Below are positions 1 to 12,070 of a stretch of DNA of 64,000 nucleotides, piece after piece (position 1 is the first letter of the stretch; the number at the start of each line of letters is the position of its first letter). The position numbers and the translations under genes were made by a program. Source of the DNA: Camelus dromedarius (taxonomy: Eukaryota); the NCBI RefSeq assembly GCF_036321535.1, contig NC_087436.1, positions 17,422,001 to 17,486,000 on the forward strand, given 5' to 3'. A model generated the notes under the pieces. That model was not told where the DNA came from and did not search any database. It was given only the letters and a program-made list of their open reading frames with translations.

Positions 1-219
1 CAATAAATGATAGCTCTGCAATGGATACAGGTTGAGATGAGGAAAAAGAATACTTGTTGCTATGGAGTTTCTATTTCTTTAACCTTCTCTCTTTCCTTTA
101 AGAGGGGAAAGGAAAACTAGACGACCATGGAGAGACAAAGTTCATTCTGAAGGACCACATATTTGGTGCAACCTTCCCATTTCTACACCAAAGGAGTTCT
201 TGATCCAGCTCATGGCTTG

Positions 220-380
220 GATTCATCCATCAATTTATATGTTAATTGTTCATTTATTTAGATATTTATCATATAATCTTTATAATATTATAATGTACCA
301 CACACATGCAGGGTTCACTCCAAGAGGTACAAAGATGACTGAAACCTGGACCTTACTCTCAAATGGCTTGAGTCTAGGAT
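220..380 (-). mobile_element. L2 LINE 3' end fragment
   Basis: Degenerate (attc)n-like tail followed by 'acaaagatgactgaaacctggaccttactctcaaatggcttgagtctag', typical of an antisense L2 3' end. Confidence 0.5.
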
Positions 381-549
381 GGAAAATAAAATGATCCTGC
401 AAAAAATTGCAACATAAATGTTATAAAGATATGTTCTCAGAGAAGGGGGCTAAGGAATCAGAAAAGGTTCAAAGGAAATAACAAAACAGCGTTTCCCCCT
501 CTACTTCATTTCCATCTGAATCTTCCCTCAAGGATACACTTTCAGTAGT

Positions 550-1275
550 CAGACAAGCTGTGGTTTTCAACCACCTCAGAAAGGGGGAGGTGATGGCCCT
601 GTCCATCCATAGGATATGTTCGTAAGAGAGATGTTGTCCCTCAAGGAGCGGCTGATTAACAGCAATTACCATGTGATGAAGTCCAACATTCTGGCAAGAA
701 AGGAAAACCAAAAGTATTCATCATGAAGTTATTAAGTTTTAGAAAAGGGAATTATGACAAAATAGGGACTTTTCTGGGGGGAAAAAATCCTGAAAGAAAT
801 AGTTTTGAAAGTAAATAACCATGAAGAAGCCTGGAGACAGTTTAAGAACAGCTTATTGGAAACTCAGGAAAAATGTTTGACTCAGTCCAAAACGAACAGG
901 CATTTGAAAATAAACACTAACTGTCTAAATGGCAAAGGGAAAAAGGCTGTTTTTAAAAAGGAGGCAGTGAGGGTAGGGAATCTTTTTAGGGAGGAAAAGA
1001 ATTTTTTCCAGGAAGAAGAGCGGGAATCTTATAAATGTGACAGGTCAAATTTAAACAAAATTCAACAGTTCAAAAGCTGCTTAATTACCAGGGCACCTTG
1101 CAAGGGAATCCAAAATCAAACACTAAAGTCTTTAAACAAAGAAAGGAAAGCAGGTAGAGTATTAACGGAACTGCTTGAGATTCAAGATAAGAAAATTGCA
1201 CTTGAGCACGCAAAGGCAAAAGCAAAAAAGGAAGAGGGGGATTATTTGTCACAGCATTTAATAAACAAAAGGTAA
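550..1275 (+). mobile_element. Ancient CR1/L3-clade LINE ORF2 fragment (end of endonuclease domain and linker)
   Basis: Successive frames give SNYHVMKSNI (661), LSFRKGNYDKI (~732) and EEAWRQFKNSLLETQEKCL...LNGKGKKAVFKKEA (ORF 805-1275). These follow the order of the CR1 ORF2 motifs SDH..I.F.I, NFRKGDY.KM and AW..FK.....Q.KCIP...WL...VK.A...KK. Confidence 0.75.
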
Positions 1276-1327
1276 TTTTGTATTTTATGGAGATCTCCCC
1301 CTGAAATTTTATTTTATATAGAGAATC

Positions 1328-3593
1328 TGGATCAGTTTTGCTGCCTAACAAACCATTCCAAAAGGTAGCCACTCCAAACAACAGTTCCTTAGGAGATGAT
1401 GATTCAATGGCTGGGCTCTCTGGGCTGGGATCCTTTGGGCTGTTCTTCAGGGGTCTCACTCAAATGGCTGCAGCAGCTGGTGGCTCCACTGAAGCTGGAT
1501 GTCAAGATGGGCCTCACTCGTCAGTCTGGCAATCCCGACTTCTTCTCCCTGGTTCTCCTCCATGTGGTCTCTCCAGCAGCTAGTGAAGGACTGTTGCATC
1601 CTAGTCTGAGGGTGACATGATTGAGCAGCTATTCACAGCAGATCATAATGGACAAGCCATTTACAAACCTGGGCTTCTGTCTTATTTCCTCAAGTCCCAT
1701 TGGCCTAAGCAAGTCACTTGGCCATGCCCAGATCAAAAGAGCAAGAATAAGACTCCACCTCTGGGGAAGAATGGCAAAGTCACAATACGAAGAGGTGTGT
1801 ACTTAAGGAAAGGAATCATTGTGGCCATCTCTGGAAACAATCCAACACAATGAGCTCTCTGGCTGCAAAATAAACCTTCCTCCCACATGCAAAATACATT
1901 CTCTCTCTTTGCCCAAAGTCATATCTTATTATGGCATCAGCCTTGAAGTATAGGATCTTCCTCTAAATCAGGTCCTGATGGAGATGAAGAGCTTCAGGTG
2001 CTGCTCCTTAGGTGTGGCTCCTCTTTATCCAAAGACTTATACACCAAAGTCACCCATCTACTTCACACTCACACACACAACATATAATAATGAGAGGGGA
2101 TAGGTAACAGCAATGGACAGTCCCACTCACAATGAGGACAGAATTACAGAGCAGTCACACTAGTTCAGAGCTGTTGTGAAGTCCTAACAAGCAAATATAA
2201 ACAAGGGCTCAACTCCTCAAGCAGGACATGGTCTTCAAGAACGGTCCCCAATTCCACTGTCCTGTGCTGCTGTTGGCTATTCCTTCTGGAAGACGGAGTC
2301 CCATCCATAAGAAGTTGGAGCCCAGAGACCTCCTTGGGTTCTGAACTATTTCTCTTCTTTGTAGCAAAATCTTGCAAGGCTTGAACCATTTTATGAGTTC
2401 CCCCCATGAACAGACTCAAGTCTATTCCATGCCCTAAATGCTACATCCACAGCTTCTCTGGAAACAGACATCTCTCTGGGCACAATGTCAGGCTGTCGTG
2501 GGGAAATACCCTTAAACTCCCTAAAAGCCCTCTGCACAGCTGAAAGATTCTATTAGCCACCACCTGAGATCTTCCAGAGGACTTTATAAAGGATCTGAGA
2601 GCTCTACCCTCGATTTACCCTTTACCAAATAAGTCATTTCTTATTTGAGAATAGTTGCTGTGCAGAAAGACTAGAGATGAAAAACATTTTTATCTTTCAC
2701 CCTCAACACCCCCAAATTTGGCTTCCCCGCACATCTCTAAATTCCGCTCGCCAAATCGATCTTTCTTTAGCTCATCTTTCTCTCACAGGATCATATCACG
2801 AGCAGCCAATGGACACTTTAACCACTGGCCAAAAAATCTTAGGCATATCTACAAGTGTCTTGGGTACATTTTTTTTTTATCCTGTGACAGTTCTGTCAAT
2901 TGTTTTGCAGCTAAAAAACATGGATCGCCTCTTTTTTAGCCGGCTATTGCTGTTTCCTCACCACTTTGCCAGCCTCTACTAACAGCTCATTTGCCTTTTT
3001 CTCAACTTTGCCCGCAGTTTCCTCACTGCTTTTTCAGTCTCCATTTGCTGTCTGACCCCAAAGCTGTTGCTACAGGTTTTGAGCTTAGTTATAGCAGTCA
3101 TCACTTCTAGTGCCAATTTCTATACCAGGTCAGTTTTACCACGTAGCAAACCACTCCCATAAGAAACTGGTGGAAATAAAACAAATGTTTATTTGCTAAC
3201 CATGATTCTGTGGGTTGACTGGGCAGTTCTGTTTGGGATTGGCTCCCTGGGGGCTGGAAAGTTTAGGATGGCTTCTCTTGGATGTCTGGGGCTGAGCTGC
3301 TCTGGGACAGCTGGTCCTCTCTCCACATTCTCTCTCATCCTCAAGGAGAAGAATCCAGTTCGTTCACATGGCAACAGCAAGCCACAATGTGCAAACATTT
3401 TTCAAGCCTCTATTTGCACAACTTTGCTAGTAGCCTATTGGCCCACGCAGGTCACATGCCAAGCCCATATTCGAGGATGGGGAGAAGTAAATTCCTTAAC
3501 TTAATGGGAGAAGCCGCCAAGCCACATTGCAAAGAGGTTTACTTATGAGAATGAGAAGAATAATTGTGCTTTCTTTGCAAACAATCTACTACA
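1328..3593 (-). mobile_element. MaLR element (MLT1H/MLT1G-like): LTR 1328-1849, internal 1850-3120, LTR 3121-3593
   Basis: Two related antisense MLT1 LTRs (both start cagtttt..aacaaacca/gcaaacca and end aaacaatc..aca) flank MaLR-internal sequence that ends 'ctagtgccaatttc'. Confidence 0.8.
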
Positions 3594-3920
3594 TAAGCTA
3601 ATAATCATAGTTCTCACATCAGAAAATGTGCACATATGTTCTAGACTGAGTGATAAATATGAAAGAGATAAGTCACAGGTCTTTAGAAAAACTTCAGGGA
3701 TAGAGTCAGTGACCATAATATATAACTTGGCAGAGATGGCCACAGGGCCTGAAGCTGGGTGCATAACCAATGATCACATCTCCGTTGCATGTGAACATCA
3801 CCAGAGAAAGTTTTGACAATGCAGAAGATGAGTATCATCTGATGGAATCATAAGCTGATAGAACCAAGCCCACACTAGGGGCGTGTAGGATCAATGGAAA
3901 GCAGTATTTTATATGCCCAC

Positions 3921-3983
3921 CCTGCAGAAACATTCTCTTAAATATATTCAACTGAATCAGACTGAAAGCAATATCAAGGGTAC
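3921..3983 (-). pseudogene. Candidate exon (63 nt, phase 1-1): GTLDIAFSLIQLNIFKRMFLQG
   Basis: Strong acceptor TCTTCTTTTCCTTCCAG|GT, open phase-1 frame, weak donor AGG|GTGGGC. Confidence 0.3.
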
Positions 3984-4172
3984 CTGGAAGGAAAAGAAGA
4001 CAATATTTCCCAAAATGACCACCTGAAACTTAAGAACTGAGAAGCAGGGGAAAAATAAGTTAACTAAAGGAACTCAAAGTCCTGTCTCCCCTGACATTCC
4101 CAACACACCTGAAGTACATCTGCAGAGTGTCACCACAGGAGTGTAATTTTAACCCCCATTTGGGATACATAC

Positions 4173-4337
4173 CTCCTTATTCTCCTCCAGTTATTTCCCA
4201 GAAGTTTCAGGAATTTGTTCACTGAATTATGGAGCTTCGCAGAGCACAAAGTCTGGAGTGATGATCCCAATTGCTACAAACCAGAAACGGCTCTGAGTGG
4301 GAGCCATAATAAACAAGGTAGAATGTCTAAAAACAAC
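4173..4337 (-). pseudogene. Candidate exon (165 nt) with stops in all frames
   Basis: Acceptor CCCTTCCTCCTGTAG|G and donor GAG|GTATGT are both strong. Length is a multiple of 3. Phase-0 end reads SEQIPETSGK*LEENKE. Confidence 0.45.
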
Positions 4338-5056
4338 CTACAGGAGGAAGGGCACCATTTGTAATCAATCTAAAAAAAATGCTATAAGAATACATACAGC
4401 TATTTCATTCTTTTATATCAGAGCTACTTGAGAAGACCAGAAAGAAATATATTAAAATAATAACACTAGTTATCTTTGTTGTTTGGTAACTCAATTTCTC
4501 TTTATTTTGTATGTTTTCTATTATAAAAATTTCTTTCTAAAATAAAAGCAGATTACATATCAGAAATGGTGATAACCAGAAAATATGATTCAATACTGCC
4601 ATAACTAATTTGCTTCAAACACTTGGTGACAAAAGCAGAATCTAAAACACACATACACGCATCATCCTGGAATTATCCTTTCTAAGGTTAAGACAAATGT
4701 CACTCCTCCGATTGGATAAATAAACAGTCTTTCACCTAGGAATTTGCCCTAGGAAACAAATTTTGTTTAGCACTTTTATAAACGATCAGAAATGTAGGGA
4801 GACATTTTTCAAGTGTGTAGATGGTTTGGAATGGTCTGTTCAATAGAAATAAAGTGATGAGAAGTATATACAGAATGATCACACAAGAATATGATGTAAG
4901 CAGACAAATGACCAGTGAGTTTTCGGGTAGGCAAAGTAAAGGAGAAGTCGAGGTGGCATTTACGGAGTTTATACGGTTGCTGCCATCGAAGGGATTACAA
5001 TCTAGATAAGGTAAGGAACAGGGCACTGACGGTCAGGGCGATGCATTTGGTCTTAC

Positions 5057-5134
5057 TATACAAAAACATTGACAGATTGGGCAAAGACATATTTATGGAA
5101 GACAGATATGAGTCTGAACTCATTTTAGCATTCT
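5057..5134 (-). pseudogene. Candidate exon (78 nt, phase 1-1): ENAKMSSDSYLSSINMSLPNLSMFLY
   Basis: Acceptor CCTTTCTAG|AG, donor ATA|GTAAGA, frame fully open (part of ORF 4995-5207). Confidence 0.35.
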
Positions 5135-5599
5135 CTAGAAAGGTTTTATTTTCTCTTTGAGCAATATCTTTCGATAAGCCCCAAATTAAATATCCTTTGT
5201 AACACACTTACTTACTATATTTTTTGTTTAACTCATGTTTTCCAAAAGGTAGGGGATGGGGTGGGGAACAAACAGACCAACACTCTATAACCCTTACTTA
5301 ATGGATCTATCATTACCCTCCTCTCCACAACTGTGTTAACATCTATTATAGCATGATGTAACTATTAGGCATTTAGACAATGAGGAGGCCATCTGGCAGA
5401 GTCTATATGAGAATGTCTATGTTGCCAAGCATATCAGGAACCATCTGAACTACACGTGTAAGAAAAAAAGGAGGAAGAAAATTATTCAATCACACAAACT
5501 ATTTCAAAATATAAAAGCCAATATCAAACAACATCTGAAAATACTTGCTCTTTCTACTGAAGTTTGATACTTCTCTAATCACGCTTTTTTTCCTGTTTT

Positions 5600-5700
5600 C
5601 TGTTTTATTCATTGTTATATCCCCAGCCTCTGAAAAATATAGATGGCATATATGTTAGCCACTTAATAAATGTTCACTAAATGAATTACAAATAAATGAA
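5600..5700 (+). mobile_element. L2 3' end
   Basis: 'tattcattgttatatccccagc...tggcatata...taataaatgttcactaaatgaat' matches the L2 terminus. Confidence 0.65.
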
Positions 5701-6124
5701 AACTATTTTTGTATATGAGAAACTTTCTGACTGAGAAGAGATAGCTCCCAGCACCCATGGTGCCAAATACTGGATTCTCTTAATAGGAACATCTTATCTT
5801 TGTCTTGGGGTCCATCCAAATTCTACCATTCTTCAAATTCATGCTGTGATCTGTATCTTTTCTTAAGATTTCCTGACCACTCCTGCCTTCACTGGTCTCT
5901 CAATTAGACTTTACTAGCCCATCATATAGCTTTGCTTAGTTCTTTCCCATTGTTTATTGTGGATACATGTTTTCTGAATGGACTAAAATCCTTTCAAGAC
6001 CTGCCTTCTCCCTAATTTACTAGTATTTGTATTAATAAGACATGGCCCCTGCCCTTGAGGGGCTTACAGTCCGGTAGGAAGTTCCATAAATAAATTAGTT
6101 CAAAAAGTCAATCATTACACATAC

Positions 6125-6597
6125 TATGGTAGACATTTGAGTTAGCCCTCCTAACCACAACCCCACCCTCATTCTATGGGAAGGGATTGAAAAGGTGATC
6201 CCTATGTTCCCCATATGTGCTTGAAGCTGTCTCTAAATCTGAACGAGGACTCACCAGATTCACTTGAATGATGGTTTAAAATGAACGTGATGTGACAGCC
6301 ATTTTCCTGCCTCTGTTGATACTATCAAGGCAAGATCATACAAACGTGTTTGTGGTGACTAGACTCCACACCCCAGAACCCAGTCATCAGCTTTATGGCC
6401 ATGGGAGAAAGTGTGGCAGCAGCACCATTTTCTGACCTCTAGGTAGCAGCTTTGGTGGCGTGACCTTCAAGTCAATAGTTCAGTAGTGGCTTTGTAACTT
6501 CTCTTCCACCTACCCTATGAGCATCCAATTACCTGATTTAAACACTGCTTGAAACCACTACTATTTTCTAATCTTGCACTGAACCCTGACTGATCCA
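6125..6597 (+). mobile_element. ERVL solo LTR (LTR41/LTR33-like)
   Basis: 3' terminus 'ctgcttgaaa...cttgcactgaaccctgactgatcca' is typical of the LTR41/33 group. Confidence 0.6.
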
Positions 6598-6769
6598 CAT
6601 GGTATGGTACAAATACAGAGAGAACCAAGTAGGGACACCAAAAAGAGAACAGGTGACTTTCCCAGAGGTACAGAGTAGTTAGAAAAGTATTAATGGAAAG
6701 ATAATTGTCCAACTGAGCCAGGAGGAAGCACTCAGTATAACCCTGAGAGCCCACTAGTAACTCACAGAG

Positions 6770-6950
6770 TTACAGAATGTTTATATCAAGAAACTTAGAG
6801 AAAATCCATTTCTGGTCCCTTTACTTTAAAATAAAGGGAAAAAGACTCTCAGAGAGGACAAGGGACTTTACCTGAAAAACAGAAGGTATGAGTCCAGTGA
6901 ACAGCTAAGCTGAGGGCAGAACCTTCCAATGTCCAATCCACTGATCATTC
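6770..6950 (-). mobile_element. MIR/MIR3 SINE
   Basis: Core-like 'agactctcagagaggacaagggactttacctga'. Confidence 0.5.
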
Positions 6951-7219
6951 AACTTGAATGATCCTATAATTTTTATTAAACAAAAATTACCCAGAAGTAC
7001 ATAGGTATTTTACCTCTTATTTAAAATAAGCAACACAATGTCAATACAATGTTACGGCCGAGTTTCTGTTTATCGTTTTTAAAGAATTAACACAAGAATT
7101 CAAAGTGAGCAGAAAACATTTTCAAATGTATATTGAAATGGGTAACCTCAAAAATAATAGATGAAAATCAAATTCTTCTAACCACTAAGTTAGTATACAC
7201 GTTTTTATTGCCTATTTTA

Positions 7220-7380
7220 TTATTATTATTTTTTAAATTTTGGGGGGGAGAGGTAATTAGGTTTGTTTGTTTGTTTGTTTGTTTGTTTAAATGGAGGTAC
7301 TGGAGATTGAACCCAGGACCTTATGCACGCCAAGTTAGTAGAGCGTGCACACTCTACCACTGAGTTATACCCTCCCCCCA
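7220..7380 (-). mobile_element. Camelid tRNA-derived SINE (Vic-1 type)
   Basis: 'ggggggagaggtaattaggttt(gttt)n aatggaggtactggagattgaacccaggacc...actctaccactgagttataccctcccc'. TSD ttgcctatttta (7208-7219) / ctgactatttta (7381-7392). Confidence 0.9.
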
Positions 7381-7412
7381 CTGACTATTTTAAATAAACA
7401 CCTACTGGTTAC

Positions 7413-8300
7413 CTTATTGGTCTCAGGAAATCTACTTCCCTCTCTGAACACACAGGACTGTCCTAGCATTGTCCCCAATCAGACAACACAAAGTTAATAA
7501 AGGCTTGCACATCTCTGCTGGTTCTATCAAGTTCCCTCAAAGATATTCACTTATGAATCAACCACACCTCTTTAGGAAAGCATATCACAGCTTCATGCTC
7601 TCCATGACACTTCTGAATCCATTTAATAGACAAACTTACTTGAAAATGTTCCTCCTTCAACTTTGAGTATGATATTTTAATGGTCTTCATTAGAATAGTC
7701 AACAGTCCCTTCCTTCGCAAACATTTAACTTACTGAAAAACACCGGGATCATACAATGGTGTGTCCTATTTCTGGAAGAAATGACAAAAAGTTTCTAGTT
7801 CTAAGACCCTGATTTCAAACAGTGTAATCACCTTCATTTTGCTGGGCTAAATAAGGCTTAATGCGATTGAATTTCTCTTACAAAGTCATCAAGTTAGTCA
7901 TAGGCAGGAATGGTGTCAGCCCTTGCTTTTCCTTGTCTTCCCAGTTTCAAACACAGAAGAATTCACTCCCCAGGTTCAGCCTCATCCAAATCCCAAGCCA
8001 TGCCTAACTAATGTTGACAGCAAATTGGGAGCTCTGTCCAGAATCCAAGAACCAGTTGCCTAACATAGACGCAAGTACCGGCAAATCCATAAACTTCAGA
8101 TTGTCATGATCATTAAACCCTTACAGCTGGGCTCATGCCCTTATTTGCATTCCATTCCTTCTGTGTGAAGCCTTGCCTGAGTACCTTCTTTGATTGAGGG
8201 ACACCAGTATATCACTTGTCATTTCAATGTCCCAGAGGGTACTGCCTGCCTCCTGGACCCTCAGTCCTGGTTGGGGTGTTGCTCCAATCAGAAGACACAT
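7413..8300 (-). pseudogene. Candidate large decayed exon (888 nt)
   Basis: Acceptor GTTCTAG|AT, donor AAG|GTAACC. Protein-like fragments in shifting frames: DVSSDWSNTPTR, VPQSKKVLRQGFTQKEW, *ISLRELDRTSRDVQAFINFVLSD. Confidence 0.4.
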
Positions 8301-8652
8301 CTAGAACTATGGATTGCTCTCAAGACTTAGAATGCAACAGGTATCTAGATAGCATTCTTGCAAAAGAGGATGACTTGCCTAAATGACTAAGATCTGAAAC
8401 ACAATATTAGAATTTTAATTTCTATTTATTTTTATTATGTTTATTTCTTAAAGTCATAATTTGGGTGTGTTGTATAATGTACCTATGTGCTAATAAAGTA
8501 GCTCATAGAATAATATAGTAAATAAAAACAGAAATTTGTTTTGGAAGTGCATGCTGAAAAAAATATGCATGATCAAGTAACTCTGGAGATCAACACTTTA
8601 AAAACATGTACAGCAGAGTCTCATCTACCTGAGGGGACTCCCTGGGATGTTT

Positions 8653-8771
8653 CTAGACTGTAAGCTCCACAAAGGTCTTGTTCATGTTTGTTTGTGGGCA
8701 GTATCCTCATCCCTAGATGAGGATGCCATAGAACAGGCTTTTAATAAATCTTTGTTGAATGAATGAATGAA
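8653..8771 (+). mobile_element. L2 3' end
   Basis: 'ctagactgtaagctcca...aataaatctttgttgaatgaatgaatgaa'. Confidence 0.8.
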
Positions 8772-8835
8772 TCATGGATCAATAAATGACTTGAAAATTG
8801 ACCCAAACCAAGAGCCACCACGTATCCACAGATAC

Positions 8836-9305
8836 TATGGCCAGTTGAAGAGCATCCCCCCAAATTCATGTCTACTTGGAAACTAGAATTTGGAAATAAA
8901 TAGAATTTTGAAACATTATTAGGAAATAGGTTCTTTGCAGACATACTTAAGAACTGAGATGAGATCATACTGGATTAAGGTGGGCCCTAAAATCCAATGA
9001 AAATGCCTTTATAAGAGGCAGAAAAGGACACACAGAGACAGAGAAAGGGGTCCTGTGAAGGAACAGGCGGTGATTGGTAGAGACAGATGGAGCCATGCAG
9101 CTCAGCTACAAGCCGGGGCACGCCTGGGACCACGAGACACTGGAATTACAGGGAAGGCCCTTTCTAGGGCCCTCAATGGGATCATGGCCCTGCTGGCACC
9201 TTGATTCTGGACTTTAAGCATCCAAATGTACGTGAGAGTACATTTCTGTGACTTTAACACCAAGTTTGTGGTGATTAATTATGACAGCAGTAAGAAACTG
9301 ATGCA
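8836..9305 (+). mobile_element. MaLR solo LTR (MLT1B/MLT1C-like)
   Basis: 'ccccccaaattcatgtc...ggaaataggttctttgcaga...gagatgagatcatactggattaaggtgggccctaaaatccaatga...ccctgctggcaccttgatt'. Confidence 0.85.
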
Positions 9306-9522
9306 AATATGATATTGTAGATGTCAGGCCTTTGCCCCAGCAAGTTTAGTCCTGTTAGACCCTACTCACACACCCTTCTCACTGATCTACTGTAATGAAT
9401 CCAACACACCCTCCAGTGGAAGCTACTCACGACATGCAAGGCAATGCTAGAATCTAGTTCCGCTGACTCTTAGTGTAGCATTCTGTCCACTACACCTTAC
9501 TATTTACAACCAGAGAACTCAC

Positions 9523-9595
9523 CTGTCAAGAAAAAGTTCTCAGAAAGGTCTAAGGTATGCGTTGTGGGTGAGTACCTAAGAATTTATGATGTAAC
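9523..9595 (-). pseudogene. Candidate exon (73 nt, phase 0-1): VTS*ILRYSPTTHTLDLSENFFLT
   Basis: Acceptor TTTCAG|GT, consensus donor CAG|GTGAGT, one in-frame TAA. Phases match both neighbouring candidate exons. Confidence 0.45.
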
Positions 9596-10158
9596 CTGAA
9601 ACTCTTTGCTCTTAAAATTGCTTATGAGGATAAGTTCCTTGACCTCTGATATATGCTGGTTCCAGCCAGTTAACAACTATCACGAGACACATTATAGTTT
9701 TATTTTGGTACTTGATCTTCTGGTCACGGCAAAAACAAGGAAATAAAAATTTGGGGTTTTTTTGTTTGTTTGTTTTAACTCACCTTTGTAATTGAATGAG
9801 CACTGATCATGTGTAAGTATTTATAGAAACAAAATTTACTTAAAATTTAAATCAATCAAGTTGCTTGGAATGCTCAAAAGGAGAATCCAATTTCATTCTA
9901 CTCATGTTTTTGATCAATCTCTCATCTCTTCAATGAGCCTCTGGAACATAACATAACAATTTATTTAAAACAATAGGTGGTCAGAATGTCTTTCATATAC
10001 TTTAAAGGGAACTTATATGAACATATCTATGATGGTGCTTGGCAGAGAAGAGGCACTCAGGAGGTGTTAGAGCTATCATTCTGGATTAAAAGGGAAAATA
10101 AGCATTCAGAACAGCCCCTTTGAATTTAATTGTTCATTTGCTTGTTGGTATTAGTTAC

Positions 10159-10349
10159 TATGGATGTGGTTGAAACTATCATATCTTCAGGTTCTTGAGC
10201 TTATTTATAATGGTCTTTAATTTTGAGTATCCAGAAAAAATGTTTTTGGTGACTTGGAAGTGTTGGGATTCTGTGGACAAGATAGGGTCACACCGGGTGT
10301 GATGGTCACAAAGAAAGGGGGTATCAAGCCAAGGCAAATGAACTCCCAC
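10159..10349 (-). pseudogene. Candidate exon (191 nt, phase 1-0): GGSSFALA*YPLSL*PSHPV*PYLVHRIPTLPSHQK...K*AQEPEDMIVSTTSI
   Basis: Acceptor GTGTTTTACAG|GT, donor ATA|GTAACT. Three TGA and one TAA, no frameshift required. Confidence 0.4.
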
Positions 10350-11939
10350 CTGTAAAACACACGGTTTTAAAAGCAAGGAAGCAAAAAGCAGGTGTCTTTC
10401 CAAGGGTAGTAGTTCTGAAAAGGAAGAAACAAGAAGAATAGAAGGATTGAGAAGCGAAATTCTGATGAAGATATTCACAAGTGATCAGAATTCAATGAGG
10501 CTGAGATCCACCAACCGGCACTGAGCCCCTTTTAGGAGCCAAACAGTGAGTGAAAATGAGTAAAATCAGAGCCTTGAGGCACCATCTAGCAAATTCTTAC
10601 AATCTCTTTGAGAAAGAAAAGAGGGAGGAATCTGAAGAATCTTTTGTGTCTATGCACGGTCAATTGATTGAACTCAGCTTTAAAAGGAAACCCCAGGGAG
10701 CAAGTCTTTGGTATATTCATAAGAGTGCATCGTACCCCGCCTGCACTTCTGAATATATGTAGAAAATGAGTATGTTTTTTGTGTATTTTACTTAACCTAT
10801 GAATTAGTAATGTGTGAACAAATTGGCTGTAAAACCAAAGATAAGTATCACACAGAGAGAGCCTAGAACAAAGGATATGGCAAAACAATGGCGTGAAGTC
10901 TCACATCCAGATGTGACTTTAAAACAAAACCAAAACAATTAAAGATCACAAGAAAAAGATTAGTAGTGTCTGCAGACAGGCAGAGGCCTTGGGGGTAGCT
11001 CCCATTTTTTCCAGAAGGTTCAGGGTAATGCAGGGAACCCTAAATGACAGCCAATCAGATGTGCTGACTTGGAGGCGGCCCAGGGGAAAGTCCATGGGGT
11101 CATGTTCTGGGAATTTGTTTTCAGTTTGACTTTTACATCAATTACTTCACTGACAATATGGAAAAAAAAATTTCTATGAAATGTAATGTTGTCAGAAAGA
11201 TGGGAGGAAGGAAGAGAGGATTCAAGCATCAACTAATGGAAACAAATTAAAAAATATACTGACTGACCAAGTCGGGGTGTATAAACTTACACGAAGGATG
11301 TAAAGGTTTATGTGAGGTTCAAAAAGTCAGTTACATTAGTACAGGGTGGTGATCCAGTTCCTAGAAATTTATGTTGCCATTTATTTTTTTACGTGATTCT
11401 CAACTTACATAATTCAGGCACACAGACACACGCACATGCTATCAACTGAGTTTACATTTTAAAAAAATACAGTGCCCAAATTCAATACTGTTTTATTTAA
11501 ACTGGTTCAGATTTTGTATGGTCTATTGTAGCTTATTCTGATTTCACCATGAAGGACCCTGAAGCAAAGAACTGGAAATGTTCACCCAGAGGAGAAATCA
11601 ATTTAGGGTATCAGTGGTGTCCTCAGACAGCTGAAGGAATAACATGGAGGAAGATTTGACCAATTGTGTTATAACAGAATGCAGAAGAAAGACAATGGGC
11701 AAATATATAGGACTCGCTTCTGTTGTAATAGAATGAATCCTATTCTGTCAACCGAGCTGTTTTGCAATGGTCAGCCTGCCTCAGGGCGTGAGCCCTGCAT
11801 CGCGGAAAGTAGTCTAGTAAACGCTGGTGACAACTGACAACAGAGGGGAGTGGATAAGATACTGTGTCCTTTTCTGCTCTAGGGTAAATAGTACAGATAA
11901 TAGAAAAACTGTAGAGATGAAAAGCAGTTATCCACATAC

Positions 11940-12070
11940 ACACCATCTCTGTAATGTCAGCTCTTTAAACCTCCATGAAAACTATTTTCGAACCTACTTC
12001 ACTGTTCTCTGGAAAATTAGGTTGAATAACCTGTGTAAGGCACCTGTCACATAGTGGATGCTAAATGAAT
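11940..12070 (+). mobile_element. MIR SINE 3' part
   Basis: 'aacctacttca...aaaattaggttgaataacctgtgtaaggcacctg..cacatagt'. Confidence 0.55.

Noticed and set aside
7290..7380. tRNA-like sequence
   Set aside because: It is the head of a SINE with tail and TSD, not a tRNA gene.
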